Source: Harriotta raleighana (Eukaryota). From it: a stretch of DNA of 64,000 nucleotides. Below the pieces are notes generated by a model. The model saw only the letters and a list, made by a program, of their open reading frames with translations. It was not told the DNA's origin and ran no database searches. The stretch covers positions 5,515,324 to 5,579,323 of the forward strand of contig JBNZDD010013721.1 of NCBI GenBank assembly GCA_050575255.1, read 5' to 3'. The position numbers and the translations under genes are program-made. Of this stretch, positions 11,896-22,690 are shown piece by piece (positions within the stretch are counted from its first letter, which is position 1; each line of letters begins with the position of its first letter).

Positions 11896-12192
11896 TAATA
11901 AATGATAATCCTTGTATTTGATATAGCGCTTCATCATGTTTTCTAGATGTCTCAAAGCTCTTCATAGAATAAGCTATAACGCAAATTGGTTATATATTTA
12001 ATGGGAGAAACACGGCAGCCAATTGCGCACAGCAGTGTGTCTCACAAACAGTGATGGATTGAATGATCAAATTATAGTAATATTATTTTTTGTTCAGGGA
12101 TTATTATCAGGCGTAAGCAAATTTGCCCAACCTTTTGCCCTGCCAGGAATCGAACCCAAATCTCTCGCTTGCAAGGCAGTTGCACTGAGCTA
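11896..12192 (-). mobile_element. SINE family A
   Basis: Tail taatccttgtatttgatatagcgct through head ggaatcgaaccc...tctctcgcttgcaaggc...cactgagcta. Confidence 0.85.
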
Positions 12193-12289
12193 TCATTGCA
12201 GGTAGCTGGAAAACTGGACAAAACCTTTAAAACGAATGTAATAACACTTGATATCTCCGCTTTGACATCAGGACACCTCACAGGAGATC

Positions 12290-12625
12290 ACAGGATCCAC
12301 TGTGAAATATAGTGACTGTGTATTTTTAGGCAAAACGCAGTAGACAGTTTGTGAACAGCTTACGTCCCACAAACAGTGAATGACTGATTTTATCAGAGGA
12401 TTATTGGCCAGGACACAGAGAGAAGCTCCCTCTTCTTTTCGAGGTTCCACGGGATCTGAACAAGGAGAGAGGACCTTGGTTTAATCTCTTATCCGAAGGA
12501 TGACACCCCCGACAACGCAGCACCCTCCCCCGCGCACCACATTAGAGCCTCAGCCGCCACTGAGCTCAAAGTCCTGACATAGGGCTTGAACCCAAACAAC
12601 CTTCTGTTACTGACTGGGACCAGGC
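12290..12625 (-). mobile_element. Deu-domain SINE (family B)
   Basis: ttggccaggacacagagagaagctccc...ggtttaatctcttatccgaaggatgacacccccgacaacgcagc...gggcttgaaccc. Confidence 0.7.
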
Positions 12626-13964
12626 TTTTAAGCAACAAGAGGATGCTACAGCCTGAGTGGTACATCCACCACCCTTGAGATCAGCAAGTTAATACAGGCA
12701 GAATTAACCAAGAATGAGAACCCATGATGGAAAATATTTTAACAGTAATATTCTCTGAAAGAAACTTTTTTTAAAAAAAAACAATAAAAAGACCCTAGCT
12801 TGGGCTTCCCTGATTCTAAGATACAATCTTACAACTATTGCTTTTCCTCAGGTTTTTTTTGTCACCCAAAAGTCTTGCTTCTTTCAAACGAAAAAGGAAA
12901 CTGTTAAGATTTGCAAACAGTAAAAACAGAGGAATGAGATCGCGGGCAGCAAGTCTGTAGCTGCGTTGTAAATGGATCAGGAAGCAGCCTTCCCCAAATG
13001 AAACATACCTAAGCACCTGCCTTTGCCTTGCTGAGCTGAAGCATTAATCTTGTAGCATTAATCTTGCACACATAAAGAAAACAAGCCCTGCTAAGCCAAG
13101 TTTTATGTCCACAGTACGGTCGCGTTATACAGTTGTGAACCGAGAGCCAGTGATATAATGGGAAGAAATGTCTGTCTGCAGCAATGCAATGTACAGGAAG
13201 TGGGAAACAAATTGGACTGTGACTTATTAATCAATTCATCACTGGTTTTCTTAATGCTGCCTGCTACTGTATATACATATGCACATATTTACATACCATA
13301 TACATACACACACCCGCTGCTCGCACATTTAGTTTTTAAAAGCAGGGTTTGCCAGCTGTTCAGTCGCAGATATTTTTGCCAATTTGCTGGGAATTTAGCT
13401 GGGAATTTCTGGCAGGTCGGAGTCAGCCAGCGCTCCAAAATCGGATCGCAGGAATAGCACGCAGTCTCATTTTTATATTTAAAAACAAAGGAAATTTGCT
13501 CTCCATATATACACACACACACACGTATACAGACACACAAACACACAAGTATACACAGTCACAGGTACACGCAGACACACAAACATGAATATCAAACCCA
13601 GCTCACAGGGAAGGCTGGCAAGCACATCCAAATTCATTCACAAATAAGATGCGCGCGTGTGTGTGGAGGGGGGAGTGGGGCGAGGGGGGGGGGGATGGGG
13701 GGAATGCTTTTGTTTTGTGTTAGTCTATTGCAAGGGCACCCGGGCTGGCGAGTCACTCCCTTGGAAAGCTGGGAGTCAGGCTGAGGGAGTAGCGGGCGCT
13801 GTCACCATTGCCGTCTGATTCTCTACCAGAATCTTTCCTAGAAAGTAAACTGCTGGAACCATCGAGACCGGGAACAGTGTAAAATGCGGATGGATAGCAA
13901 CGTGCGGGAGACGAGACTGCCTTAAGTCAGTGCTTTTTCCCAATTCCATCGTTTTGCTACTTAC

Positions 13965-14017
13965 TTCAACTCCAATTGCATTGCAGCTGCAAATAAACCA
14001 GCCTTAACTTTCATCAT
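13965..14017 (-). CDS. Candidate first coding exon or uORF, MMKVKAGLFAAAMQLEL..., product unknown
   Basis: gtcATGATG start, 53 nt open to a consensus donor GAA|gtaagt, inside the promoter-like block; no protein recognised. Confidence 0.25.
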
Positions 14018-14279
14018 GACAAATCAACACACGCACAGGTTCCTTCTTAAGTTAAGAGGTAGCCACAGATGCTAGCATGGGAAGACGATGCAGTTTATTT
14101 CTCTCTCTCTAGCTACAGCAGAGGCTAAAACAACCCTCTACCTGGCTGACTGCCTCAGAATCGAGCTACGCTGTCCATCTCTCTGCATTATCTGAAGACT
14201 CGAAACACAATCTGAAAACCCCTCGTTTAAGACAGTTTGGCAGCTCTGAGTGTGGCACTCACTGTTCGTATTTTTTCAG

Positions 14280-14364
14280 GCACGAGAGGTGGCTCGAAGC
14301 AGGAAAGCCTTATTCCCAACTGTTCGGTACATTAAAGCCTCCCAGTTAATCCCTGTATCAGCAG
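14280..14364 (+). other. Candidate 85-nt exon on the plus strand
   Basis: Acceptor gtattttttcag|G and donor CAG|gtatgt; the one open frame (AREVARSRKALFPTVRYIKASQLIPVSA) is unrecognised. Confidence 0.2.
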
Positions 14365-15175
14365 GTATGTTGCAATTTACCTTAGTATTGCTGTCGAGAA
14401 AATATCCACACTTTTTGCTTTCAATTTTCCTCTCCACTGTCTGGCGATGTGGTTGAAATAATCCCAAATTTTCTATTTGCTGTGGACCATATAAATGAAA
14501 TGCAAGCGCAGTCCTTCAGACAGGCAGCCCCAGTATCCTATGCCGAGGAACGAGAGCGAGCAAGCGAGAGCTGGAGAGCGATTGAGTCCAGTCAGGCTCT
14601 GACAGGAGTTCTGTGCTGGTACACAGATCTTCAATGCTTTCATTTCATCCCCTGGTGGCCATTCAAGGAATGAAAGAGCAAGGGATCTCCCTTTAATGAA
14701 ATGCTTAAGGAATACAAGGGATGAGCCAGTCAGTGTTCAGGCGGGGCGCTAGTTAGCAACCAGGCGAGTTAACCCCTTCACACCCAATTTCTTTATTTAT
14801 ATTGAAATAAAAGCACCCGTATTGTACAGTTACCCACACCTTCTGGTTTTGGGGACGAGGATCGGCGACACCAACAATGGTTTCTACCGCAAACTTCATG
14901 CCTAATGCTGTTGGCATTGCTATTCAATGCAGAGTAGAACGCCATTCCTTATAACGAAAATAGCAACTTGCGTTTATGTATCACCTCTCACATGGGATAG
15001 CATCCAAGAGTGCTGGACAATGCCGAGTAGGCACCGTCGAAGAGAGTGATCTTGAGGCATGACCTGAAGGTGGAGGCGGAGGGGACAAGGAATTACAGGG
15101 ATTTGCATATCCTGAGTTTCTCTTAGCGAAAGATCCCAAATCCTGGCATCGCGCATTGGAATAATACAATTCCAT

Positions 15176-15318
15176 AGCTATATCTATATCTATATCTATC
15201 TATATATATATATATATAAAGTCAATTAACTTTAGAATGTATTCTGCAAAGCGCTTTAAGACATCTAGAAGTCGAGAAAAGCATGATATCAAATACAAGG
15301 GTTATTATTATATACTAT
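15176..15318 (+). mobile_element. (TATC/TA)n microsatellite plus SINE 3' tail
   Basis: tatatc repeats followed by agtcaattaacttt...caaagcgcttt...tatcaaatacaagggttattatt. Confidence 0.7.
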
Positions 15319-15644
15319 TATGGCATGAAATGTAATTTTGCTGATGTAGCTCAAAGTCTGCTTGAAATCCTGTGGCCCGTTTTAGGACGTGTTAGTGCCT
15401 GGGGAGGTGTGATGTGTGTGCCAATAGAGCCTGTATTTCTTGCCACGCAACATGATCAGTCAGGGCTGACGACAGATGGGGGAGAGCAAGCACACTGTTT
15501 GTAAGCCAAGTTGGAGTTTTATTGATTACCCACCAACCCGCAATTTCCACCTTATAATCGGATATTACCCTCTCTCCCCAGTGATGTTTATGTTCAACAA
15601 CATGGAGTTCGCCCCAGATCTCACTGCTGGGAAGTAAAATAAAT

Positions 15645-15920
15645 AATCTTTCAAATATTATTTGATGGCGTCTCACCGCAATCGCTGCTCACACCCTACC
15701 TCTCTCCCCACTCTCGCTGCCCAGCTGGCAGAGGTTTTCTGCCTGTCCCTTGACCCCTCCACTTCACCATTGATGGACAGTCCTTTCAGCCACTATGCCC
15801 AGAGCCTCTGAAACTCGCTGCTTCAATCCCTCCGCCTTGCCTCCTCTTTCCCCATCTTCAGATCAGATCACACTTGAAGACTTTCCTCTTTTCTTCTGTT
15901 TAAGGTGAATCTCCCCTATT
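15645..15920 (+). mobile_element. L2 LINE ORF2 3' fragment, decayed
   Basis: cctttcagccactatgcccagagcctctgaaactcgctg...ttgaagactttcctcttt aligns with the 16740 copy. Confidence 0.6.
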
Positions 15921-16299
15921 CAACAGTTCAACTCTCCACATTCTTACCATCACATGGGCTGTGTTTCACGCAGCCAAACTCCACGGCTGTTTTGGGGAAA
16001 TTCCTGTTCGCAACTGGCTGCCTTAAGTTTTGTGAGTTTTGCTCACAAAATGTACTTGACATTGTATCCTGTGAAGCGCTTTGAGAAGTCTCGATGATTC
16101 AATAAGATGCTATCTCAAATGTCATCATTTGCAACAATAACAACATTTCAGTTATATAGTGCCTTTCACATCGGAGATGCTGCAGGATGCTGAACAAATA
16201 ATTTTACCTTTTAACTGGGCCAAAGAAGATTTCTCTATCCGCAACTCTCTTGTGGGCAGAGGAGCCACTGCGAGGGCAATGATGTACGTTTCTATCACA

Positions 16300-16640
16300 G
16301 GATTGTTTGGATGAAGAATGCCCTTTGGCCTATTTAACTAATTCTCTCCCGATCAACCCAACCCACCTTTGCCCCATCACAGCATCAAGCTGCTTTTTGA
16401 ACAAGTCAAGGGTCTGTTCCTGGCAACCTGTCTCAGTCATTGATTACTCTCTCAGAAGAGTATTTTAATAGCTGCCCTGAAATTGGTCTTTACAACTGTA
16501 AACCTCTGCTTTCTTGCTCTACTGTCTTGGTGCATCCGAAAGTATTGTTCAAGGTTTACTTTTCAATTGCTATTTACAATGTTGTACTCCTCCACTCTGG
16601 ATTGCCTTCTCACAGGATTTTCTGAGCTTGTCTAAGTGAT
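16300..16640 (-). mobile_element. CR1 LINE 3' fragment
   Basis: cagcatcaagctgctttttgaa...cctggcaacctg...cagtcattgattactct is shared with 22555 and 43505 and is typical of a reverse CR1 ORF2 end/3' UTR. Confidence 0.6.
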
Positions 16641-16739
16641 GCTCAATCAATAAATAACCAGACCTTCAAGACTCGAGGAAATAACTCCAAATCCCCAGAA
16701 ATACCATAATTTATAATTAACGATTGTGTTCATCCATAC

Positions 16740-17170
16740 CTAATCGTCCTCACTTTCAAGGCCATTCACAGCCTTGCCCCCGCCTATCTCTCTAACCTGC
16801 TGTCTCCCTATCAGCCTGCCCGCTCACTCCATTCACCAGACTCAGGCCTGCTCTGCGTCCATTTTCCTAACCGTCCAACCATCGGTGGTCGGGCTTTCAG
16901 ACTCTCTGCCCCAACACTCTGGAACTCCATTCTGCAGTACCTCCACTTTGCTTCCTCCCTTTCCTCCTTCAAGGCCAGTCTCAAGACCTTCCTCTTTGAC
17001 CGCGCCTTTGGCTCCCGCTCTAACTCTTCCCCCTCTCCCACTCTCCTTCCCCCTCCCACTACCCCCGACCCTCTGCACTGCTCGGGTCCCGACCTGACTG
17101 TTCAGTGCTCAGTCCCGATGTGAAAGGCGCTGTAAAGGCAAGTGTAATTTTGTTGTTGTTATTGTTGTTG
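16740..17170 (+). mobile_element. L2 LINE 3' end with readable ORF2 C-terminus
   Basis: The frame from 16740 reads LIVLTFKAIHSLAPAYLSNLLSPYQPARSLHSPDSGLLCVHFPNRPTIGGRAFRLSAPTLWNSILQYLHFASSLSSFKASLKTFLFDRAFG, the classic L2 ORF2 end. It is followed by a C-rich UTR and a (TTG)n tail. Confidence 0.92.
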
Positions 17171-17268
17171 TAGGTGTAATCATCGCATCCGACACTGTGC
17201 CTTTCACATTGGGAGGACGTCTCAAAACGCTCCTTTGAGTTCACTGCAAAGTGCAGTGACTCTATTAC

Positions 17269-17693
17269 TAATAATAGTAAAGGTAATATGCTTTGCATTT
17301 GATTGGGCGCTTTTCACATATTCTAGGTGTTTCAAAGCACTTCACACAATATACGCTAACGAGAATTGACTATATATACATATACTATATGCATATGGAA
17401 TTGTGTTGTTCAAATGTGCAATGTCAGTACTTGGGATCTTTGGTTTAGAGAAACTCAGGATATGCAAATCATATATTTGTGGGCGAAATACGGCAACCAA
17501 TTGCGCACAGCAGTGTCCCACAATCCGTTGTGGAATGAAAAATGATCAATTTATTTTTATATTTTTCCTTGAGGGATTATTATCAGGCATGTAGAGTGAG
17601 GAAACTTGCCCAAGGCTTCGCCTGCTGGGAATCAAACCCAGGTCTCTCACTTGGAAGGCGAGTGCTTCAACCACTGAGCTCCAAATCTCCACA
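17269..17693 (-). mobile_element. SINE family A with ~90-bp internal insertion
   Basis: Tail at 17269-17375, unrelated sequence to ~17465, then body and head (aaacttgcccaagg...ccactgagct). Confidence 0.8.
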
Positions 17694-18084
17694 ATTATTT
17701 TTGGAGGTGCAGAATTCCACGTTAGGACAAGCCCAGGAGAATTGACTCTCGATGTAAAGCAGAATCTTGCAGAATGAAAATAATCATCCCCAAAAACAAC
17801 ACGTCTCAATGTAATGCTCAGAACTGCAGCCCCTGCTCAGAATGAATCACAGTCAAAGGATTGTGTTTTGGAATCCTAAAACCTCATTTATGTAGGATGG
17901 AGGTTGTCAGCCTGTGGTGAAAGTGCGTTTGACTCTTGTATATAATTTATTCCCATTTGGAGTAAAGAGTGAGATTCAATAACCACAACATGTTGCGATA
18001 TTCAGTGGTTTGGTAGTGAGGCTGCTTTACGGTGATTGGAATGACGTAGATTACATTATAGAACCATGGAAAGTTTACAGCATA

Positions 18085-18215
18085 GAAGAGAGGAGGGGGG
18101 GCGAGAGGAAAGGGAGTGGCGGGAAGAGAGAGAGAAAAGGGAAAGAGCCGAGAGGCGGGAGAGAGCATGAAAAGGAGAGGGAAAGGAGAACGGGAGGAGG
18201 AAGGAAAGGAGAAGG
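18085..18215. repeat. Purine-rich low-complexity tract
   Basis: About 130 nt that are almost exclusively G/A. Confidence 0.8.
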
Positions 18216-19117
18216 AGTTTCTTCGATATGATCTTCCTTCCAGTAGTTATCCAACTACCTTTTAAATGCTGTTATGGATTTGGCTTTATCAGCAGTTCAT
18301 GATGAAGTACTGCCCATCCCAACAAGCCTGTGTCTCCAGCCTTACCTTTTGGTGACAATTCTCAGTCCCTGTATTCCTGACTTGCTGAGCAAGGAATAAC
18401 AGCAACAGCATCAAATTACATTTGTATATAGTGAGCACAAATACATTATACAGTAAACAGTTCATGTCCAGATCTCCCAACAAGGTGGATATAACCCTTT
18501 CTTCCAAACCAGATATAGCTTTTGATCAATTATATTCCCTTTATTTACCTCGTTTCTTCCTTCTCTCACTCCCCTTTGCTGCTGAGAGGCTGCTGGAGAA
18601 ACTAACATCACATCCCTCCCCAATTGCGATCAGAGCTCCAAGTCCCACTGAGGTGTAAACAAATTTCTGATTAGGTAAATCCTTTACTTTGGTCTTAATT
18701 TGGTCTACAAAACACACAGTCACTACACTTGGCAGGGTATCCTACAAAGGATCCTGAGACATCCTGCCGACGTGAAAGGTGATGAATCAAATGTGATCAA
18801 GACCAACAAAATTACAAAATTGTAGAGCACCTTTCACGTTGGGAGGACATCGACATATATGATATTTATATAGTGTCCCACTTCAGCAACCGAGAGCACT
18901 TGAAGCTAGGTCTCTTCAGCCTTGAAACAAATAGTCAACTCACAATGGATTGTAAAGAGATGGATAAGAAACCCCAACAACACTTTGAAACGGGGCAGGA
19001 ATACCATGACACATTTCACATGTGCTACTGTCAAGTGTAATTATTTTTATTTTGGTAGGCAAACCAAATGCCTACCAAATTCCTTCTCTTTTCGAGATGT
19101 TTCGATGGTTTTTTTTT

Positions 19118-19427
19118 TGTGGAACTCAGTGGTTAGAGCACTCGCCTTGCAAGTGAGAAATCCGAGTTCAATTCCAAGCAGGGCGAAACATTGGGCAAGT
19201 TTCCTTACTCCAAACGCCTGATAATAATCCCTCGAAAAAACAAAAACAATAATGAATTGGTCATTTCAATCCACGACTGTTTGTGGGATGTGCTCAATTG
19301 GCTGCCATGTTTCGCCCACAAATATATAGTCAATTCACTTTACAGCATATTCTGTGAGGCGCTTTGAGACATCTAGAAGACGTGAAAAGCTCTATATCAA
19401 ATGCAAGGATTATTTTTTTTTTTTTTT
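19118..19427 (+). mobile_element. SINE family A, near full length
   Basis: ctcagtggttagagcactcgccttgcaagtgag (TGC anticodon-like loop), gagttcaattcc, body, and a tail ending in poly-T. Confidence 0.9.
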
Positions 19428-20162
19428 ACAGCAACCTGTTTTTATCTGGTACCTTTCTCCCAAGGTAGCATCTCAGAGCACTACACAGCGGATGCAGTTG
19501 GAGGCAGAGCAAGAGAGAGAGAGCATGGTAGAGATGACTATAGGTTGAAAGGGTTAATCTTAAAGTGGGATTTAAAGATAGATAAAGAGGGAGTTCCAGA
19601 GATACCACCAAAATACCACCAAACAATGGGTTTACCATTCATCAATGCAATGCACTTAATGGAGCATTAACCTGAACTGTGAGCTGCAATCCCCGACATA
19701 GAATTGATCCCACAAACCTTCTGACCTGATGGCCTGAAATTGGCAAAATTGGCAAAAGAAAGCTTGTGGCAGGAGAGAAGCAAACACTTTGTTAGGCGAA
19801 AAAATTGCTTCTCTTTCGCTCAGTTATAATGCACTTGCAAAATGAAGTCAAGCGCTTAACAATTTATATTTGATGTACTTTGGCTTACAAATGGAGAGGA
19901 TGCCACAATTTTTTTTATTTTGCAACAAGGTACAGTACAACCAAATGTGCAGTGTGAATTCTTGGTAAGTGAATGATGTGACTAAAACATCATTTCCTTA
20001 ACAGAATTTTGTTGTACCTACATTTGTTTTTGACAATGGGCTGATAAATTATGCACGCACTGGGTAATTGGGTTGTCTTTATCGGACTGACACAATTTAT
20101 TTGATCTGCAGAAATTTTGACCCAGCAGTTGTCAGATTCCGTGTTAACCCTTTAAGTGATAG

Positions 20163-20504
20163 ATAATAATAATAATAATCCTTGCACTTGATTCAGTGCT
20201 TTAACACATCATTGAGACGTCTCAGAGCACTTCATATATTGTTAAGGATATTGACTGTGTATTTTGTGGGTAAAATGCAGGAGCAGTGTCCTACATACAG
20301 TCATCGATTTTTTTTTGAGGGATTATTAACCCCTGGAAAGCGATTCGGCAATCGACAAACAACTGAGTTCTTGCTTACTACTAGTAAACAGAAGCGTGAG
20401 GAGTACAGAAACGTTATCTAAGGTTTCACCCCACCTGGGAATCAAACCTAGATCCTCTTGCTTACAAGGCAAGTGTAAAAACCACTATGCTACAGGACTC
20501 CACA
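20163..20504 (-). mobile_element. SINE family A, long variant
   Basis: Tail, the extra segment (cttactactagtaaacagaagcgtg) and head tgctacaggactccaca. Confidence 0.8.
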
Positions 20505-20764
20505 AATCTACTGTTTTGTCTCCTCTTCTTACATCAGGCATCCTCTAGCGGTGATCTGAGAAGGTCTTAAGTCCTGAAAGCACAGTGTAGAAATAACACA
20601 CACACAATCCTCTGTGGACAGTGAAAATAATAAAGACTCATTTGACTGTATGACCAAATGCCCTCTTTACTTCTGGAACCTGGGGTCAAATCCACACCAG
20701 AAAGAAGAGGGTGAGCTCAACAGTTCTCNTCAGTGAAAATAATAAAGGCTCATTTGACTGTATG

Positions 20765-21170
20765 ACCAAATGCCCTCTTTACTTCTGGAGCCTGGGGTCA
20801 AATCCACACCAGAAAGAAGAGGGTGAGCTCAACAGTTCTCCAGCCCCTGACCTCTAACTATAAAGCTTCTAATTGAATTTAAATTCCCTCTGCTAGTTTG
20901 CTCTCGTTTTAAAACTGTAAAATAAAACTGAGTTGATTTAGGCGCTAATTGGAACTGAATTGCTCCTCTCCGTCGTGGACAGAGGGAGGGACGGAGAGGC
21001 TGAGGCTGAGATGTGGGAATGATAGAAAATGTCAGGCAAGCTGCTGGTTTGGGTGTTTTGCTCAGCTTTGGGATAGTGGATATCTGAGCGTGTGATGTAG
21101 AGGGAGCTCTACACCGTATCTGAGTCGTGCTACACTTAACCTGACAGAGCTCAGCAGTGCCACTGAATGC
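20765..21170 (+). mobile_element. Ancient SINE fragment resembling LF-SINE
   Basis: Three colinear motifs recalled from LF-SINE: gccctctttacttctggagcctggggtcaaatccacaccag, ggcgctaattgg and gtagagggagctctacaccg...gtgctacac. Confidence 0.4.
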
Positions 21171-21269
21171 AAAGTGAGAACATTTCCTCTACACACTAGA
21201 ACCTGTATAAAGCTCCTATCCTGACATTTGACATCTGTCAAATAAACTGCTACAGTTTCCCTCCTGATC

Positions 21270-21505
21270 CCCATACACATATATATACAACTTGACTCTA
21301 TACACACAGACACACATTTACTTATCCCCACATACATATCTACAAACACCTACACACATATATATATTTACTACACATATATACGCACACTAACAAATAT
21401 ATACATACACTTATACATATATTCATTCATACACATAATGCAAACATATTTGTGCATACACGCAGACAAACTTCCATATACAAACACACACCTATGCATT
21501 TACAT
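21270..21505. repeat. Degenerate (CA/TA)n microsatellite
   Basis: Alternating acac/atat runs. Confidence 0.75.
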
Positions 21506-22549
21506 GTAACAGATGTGGGTATCCACTTTCATTCACGCATCTGTGACATTCCCTCATGCAAATCTTGAAAATGTACACATAATCAATGCAACACAGCACT
21601 CGGCTGTGCTGGAAATCACACTCCCACCAGTGGAAGCACATTACACAATGACCTTGCACTGGTTTGAATGATCTGCCAGTGTAATGTTCGAATTAGCCAT
21701 GTACTAATGAGGTGCAGGGGAAAGTTCACTTTTGGGGAATGTATTAAATTGCTTTGAAGTTTAGCAAGTCAGTGGTTCTCACATAACAGGCCCGGTGCAT
21801 GAATTCATCACTAGAAAGTTTCCATTATAAATTTGGTAAGCGAAAAGTATGTCATTGTTTTAGCTTAAATCTTATGCGTAGTTATTGATTCAAGTTTTGA
21901 TGGAGAGGGGCTGCTGAGCGATATGAGATTAGTACTAAAAACTTGAAAAAAGTAGCTAATAACACCCACTAGATTGTCTTAAATTCTGAATTAATTTCAC
22001 AGCCAAAGCGGGATGAAAATATTAGGGACAAAATTCACCCGTTTTAAAACCTCAAAGATATTCTCTGCTGGATGTCCCACCTTGGGCAAGGATTGTTATT
22101 ATTATTGTTGTTATTATTATGATTTATTTTATTGTTAAACTATCACCGTTGAGTACTTGATTAAATGGCTATTCCCAAATGAGTCAATATAGGCTCGAGA
22201 ACTCATTAAAGCACGCTAGCTCTCCTGCGGTTTAATCGCAACCGAATTACACTTAAAATAACCATCTCGCAGGCCGACCAGACTAACATTAACAATATAA
22301 CAATCAAAAGCTTCACAATTCAAGATCTCTCACAGGCCGGTAGACAATGGTAGACAGTGGTGCTTTTTAATAGATGAGTGGAGGGTGGGAAACCCTGAAA
22401 TTTACTTCCCCGAAATTCCAAATGTGTACCCCATCAGCCTTTGGAAAAGCCGCTGGAGGGTGGGAAGCTGAAATCTCAAATACATGCAGTCACAACACTT
22501 TACAGTAGATCCCATGAAATGTTTTGAGATGTCTCAAAAACATTGAGCT

Positions 22550-22690
22550 GTTTTTTAAATGAGTCCATTGTCCTGGCCTCAACCTCCTTGCCTGGCAACC
22601 TGTTCCAGTCATTGGTTATCTTCTCCGTGTGTGTCCTGTAACTGCCATTTGCAACTTTAAATCTACGTCCTCTTGTTCTACTATTTTGGC
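22550..22690 (-). mobile_element. CR1 LINE fragment
   Basis: tgagtccattgtcctggcctcaac...cctggcaacctgttccagtcatt...tcctcttgttcta is near-identical to 43620-43740. Confidence 0.6.

Larger units (their letters stand above)
13300..15170. promoter_or_regulatory. Repeat-poor, CpG-enriched candidate promoter / first-exon region
   Basis: No SINE or LINE recognised for ~1.9 kb and CpGs are visibly more frequent than in the flanks. It has a GC-box-like ggcggggcg near 14740, a G-run tract at 13663-13703 and strong splice-donor motifs. Confidence 0.45.

Noticed and set aside
14981-15175. ORF MELYYSNARCQDLG... as a coding exon
   Set aside because: The ATG abuts a microsatellite and SINE tail, the donor is weak and no protein is recognised.
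20619-20840. 110-bp tandem duplication (20619-20728 / 20731-20840)
   Set aside because: The copies are separated by a single N and differ by two substitutions, typical of unmerged contig ends or two haplotypes.
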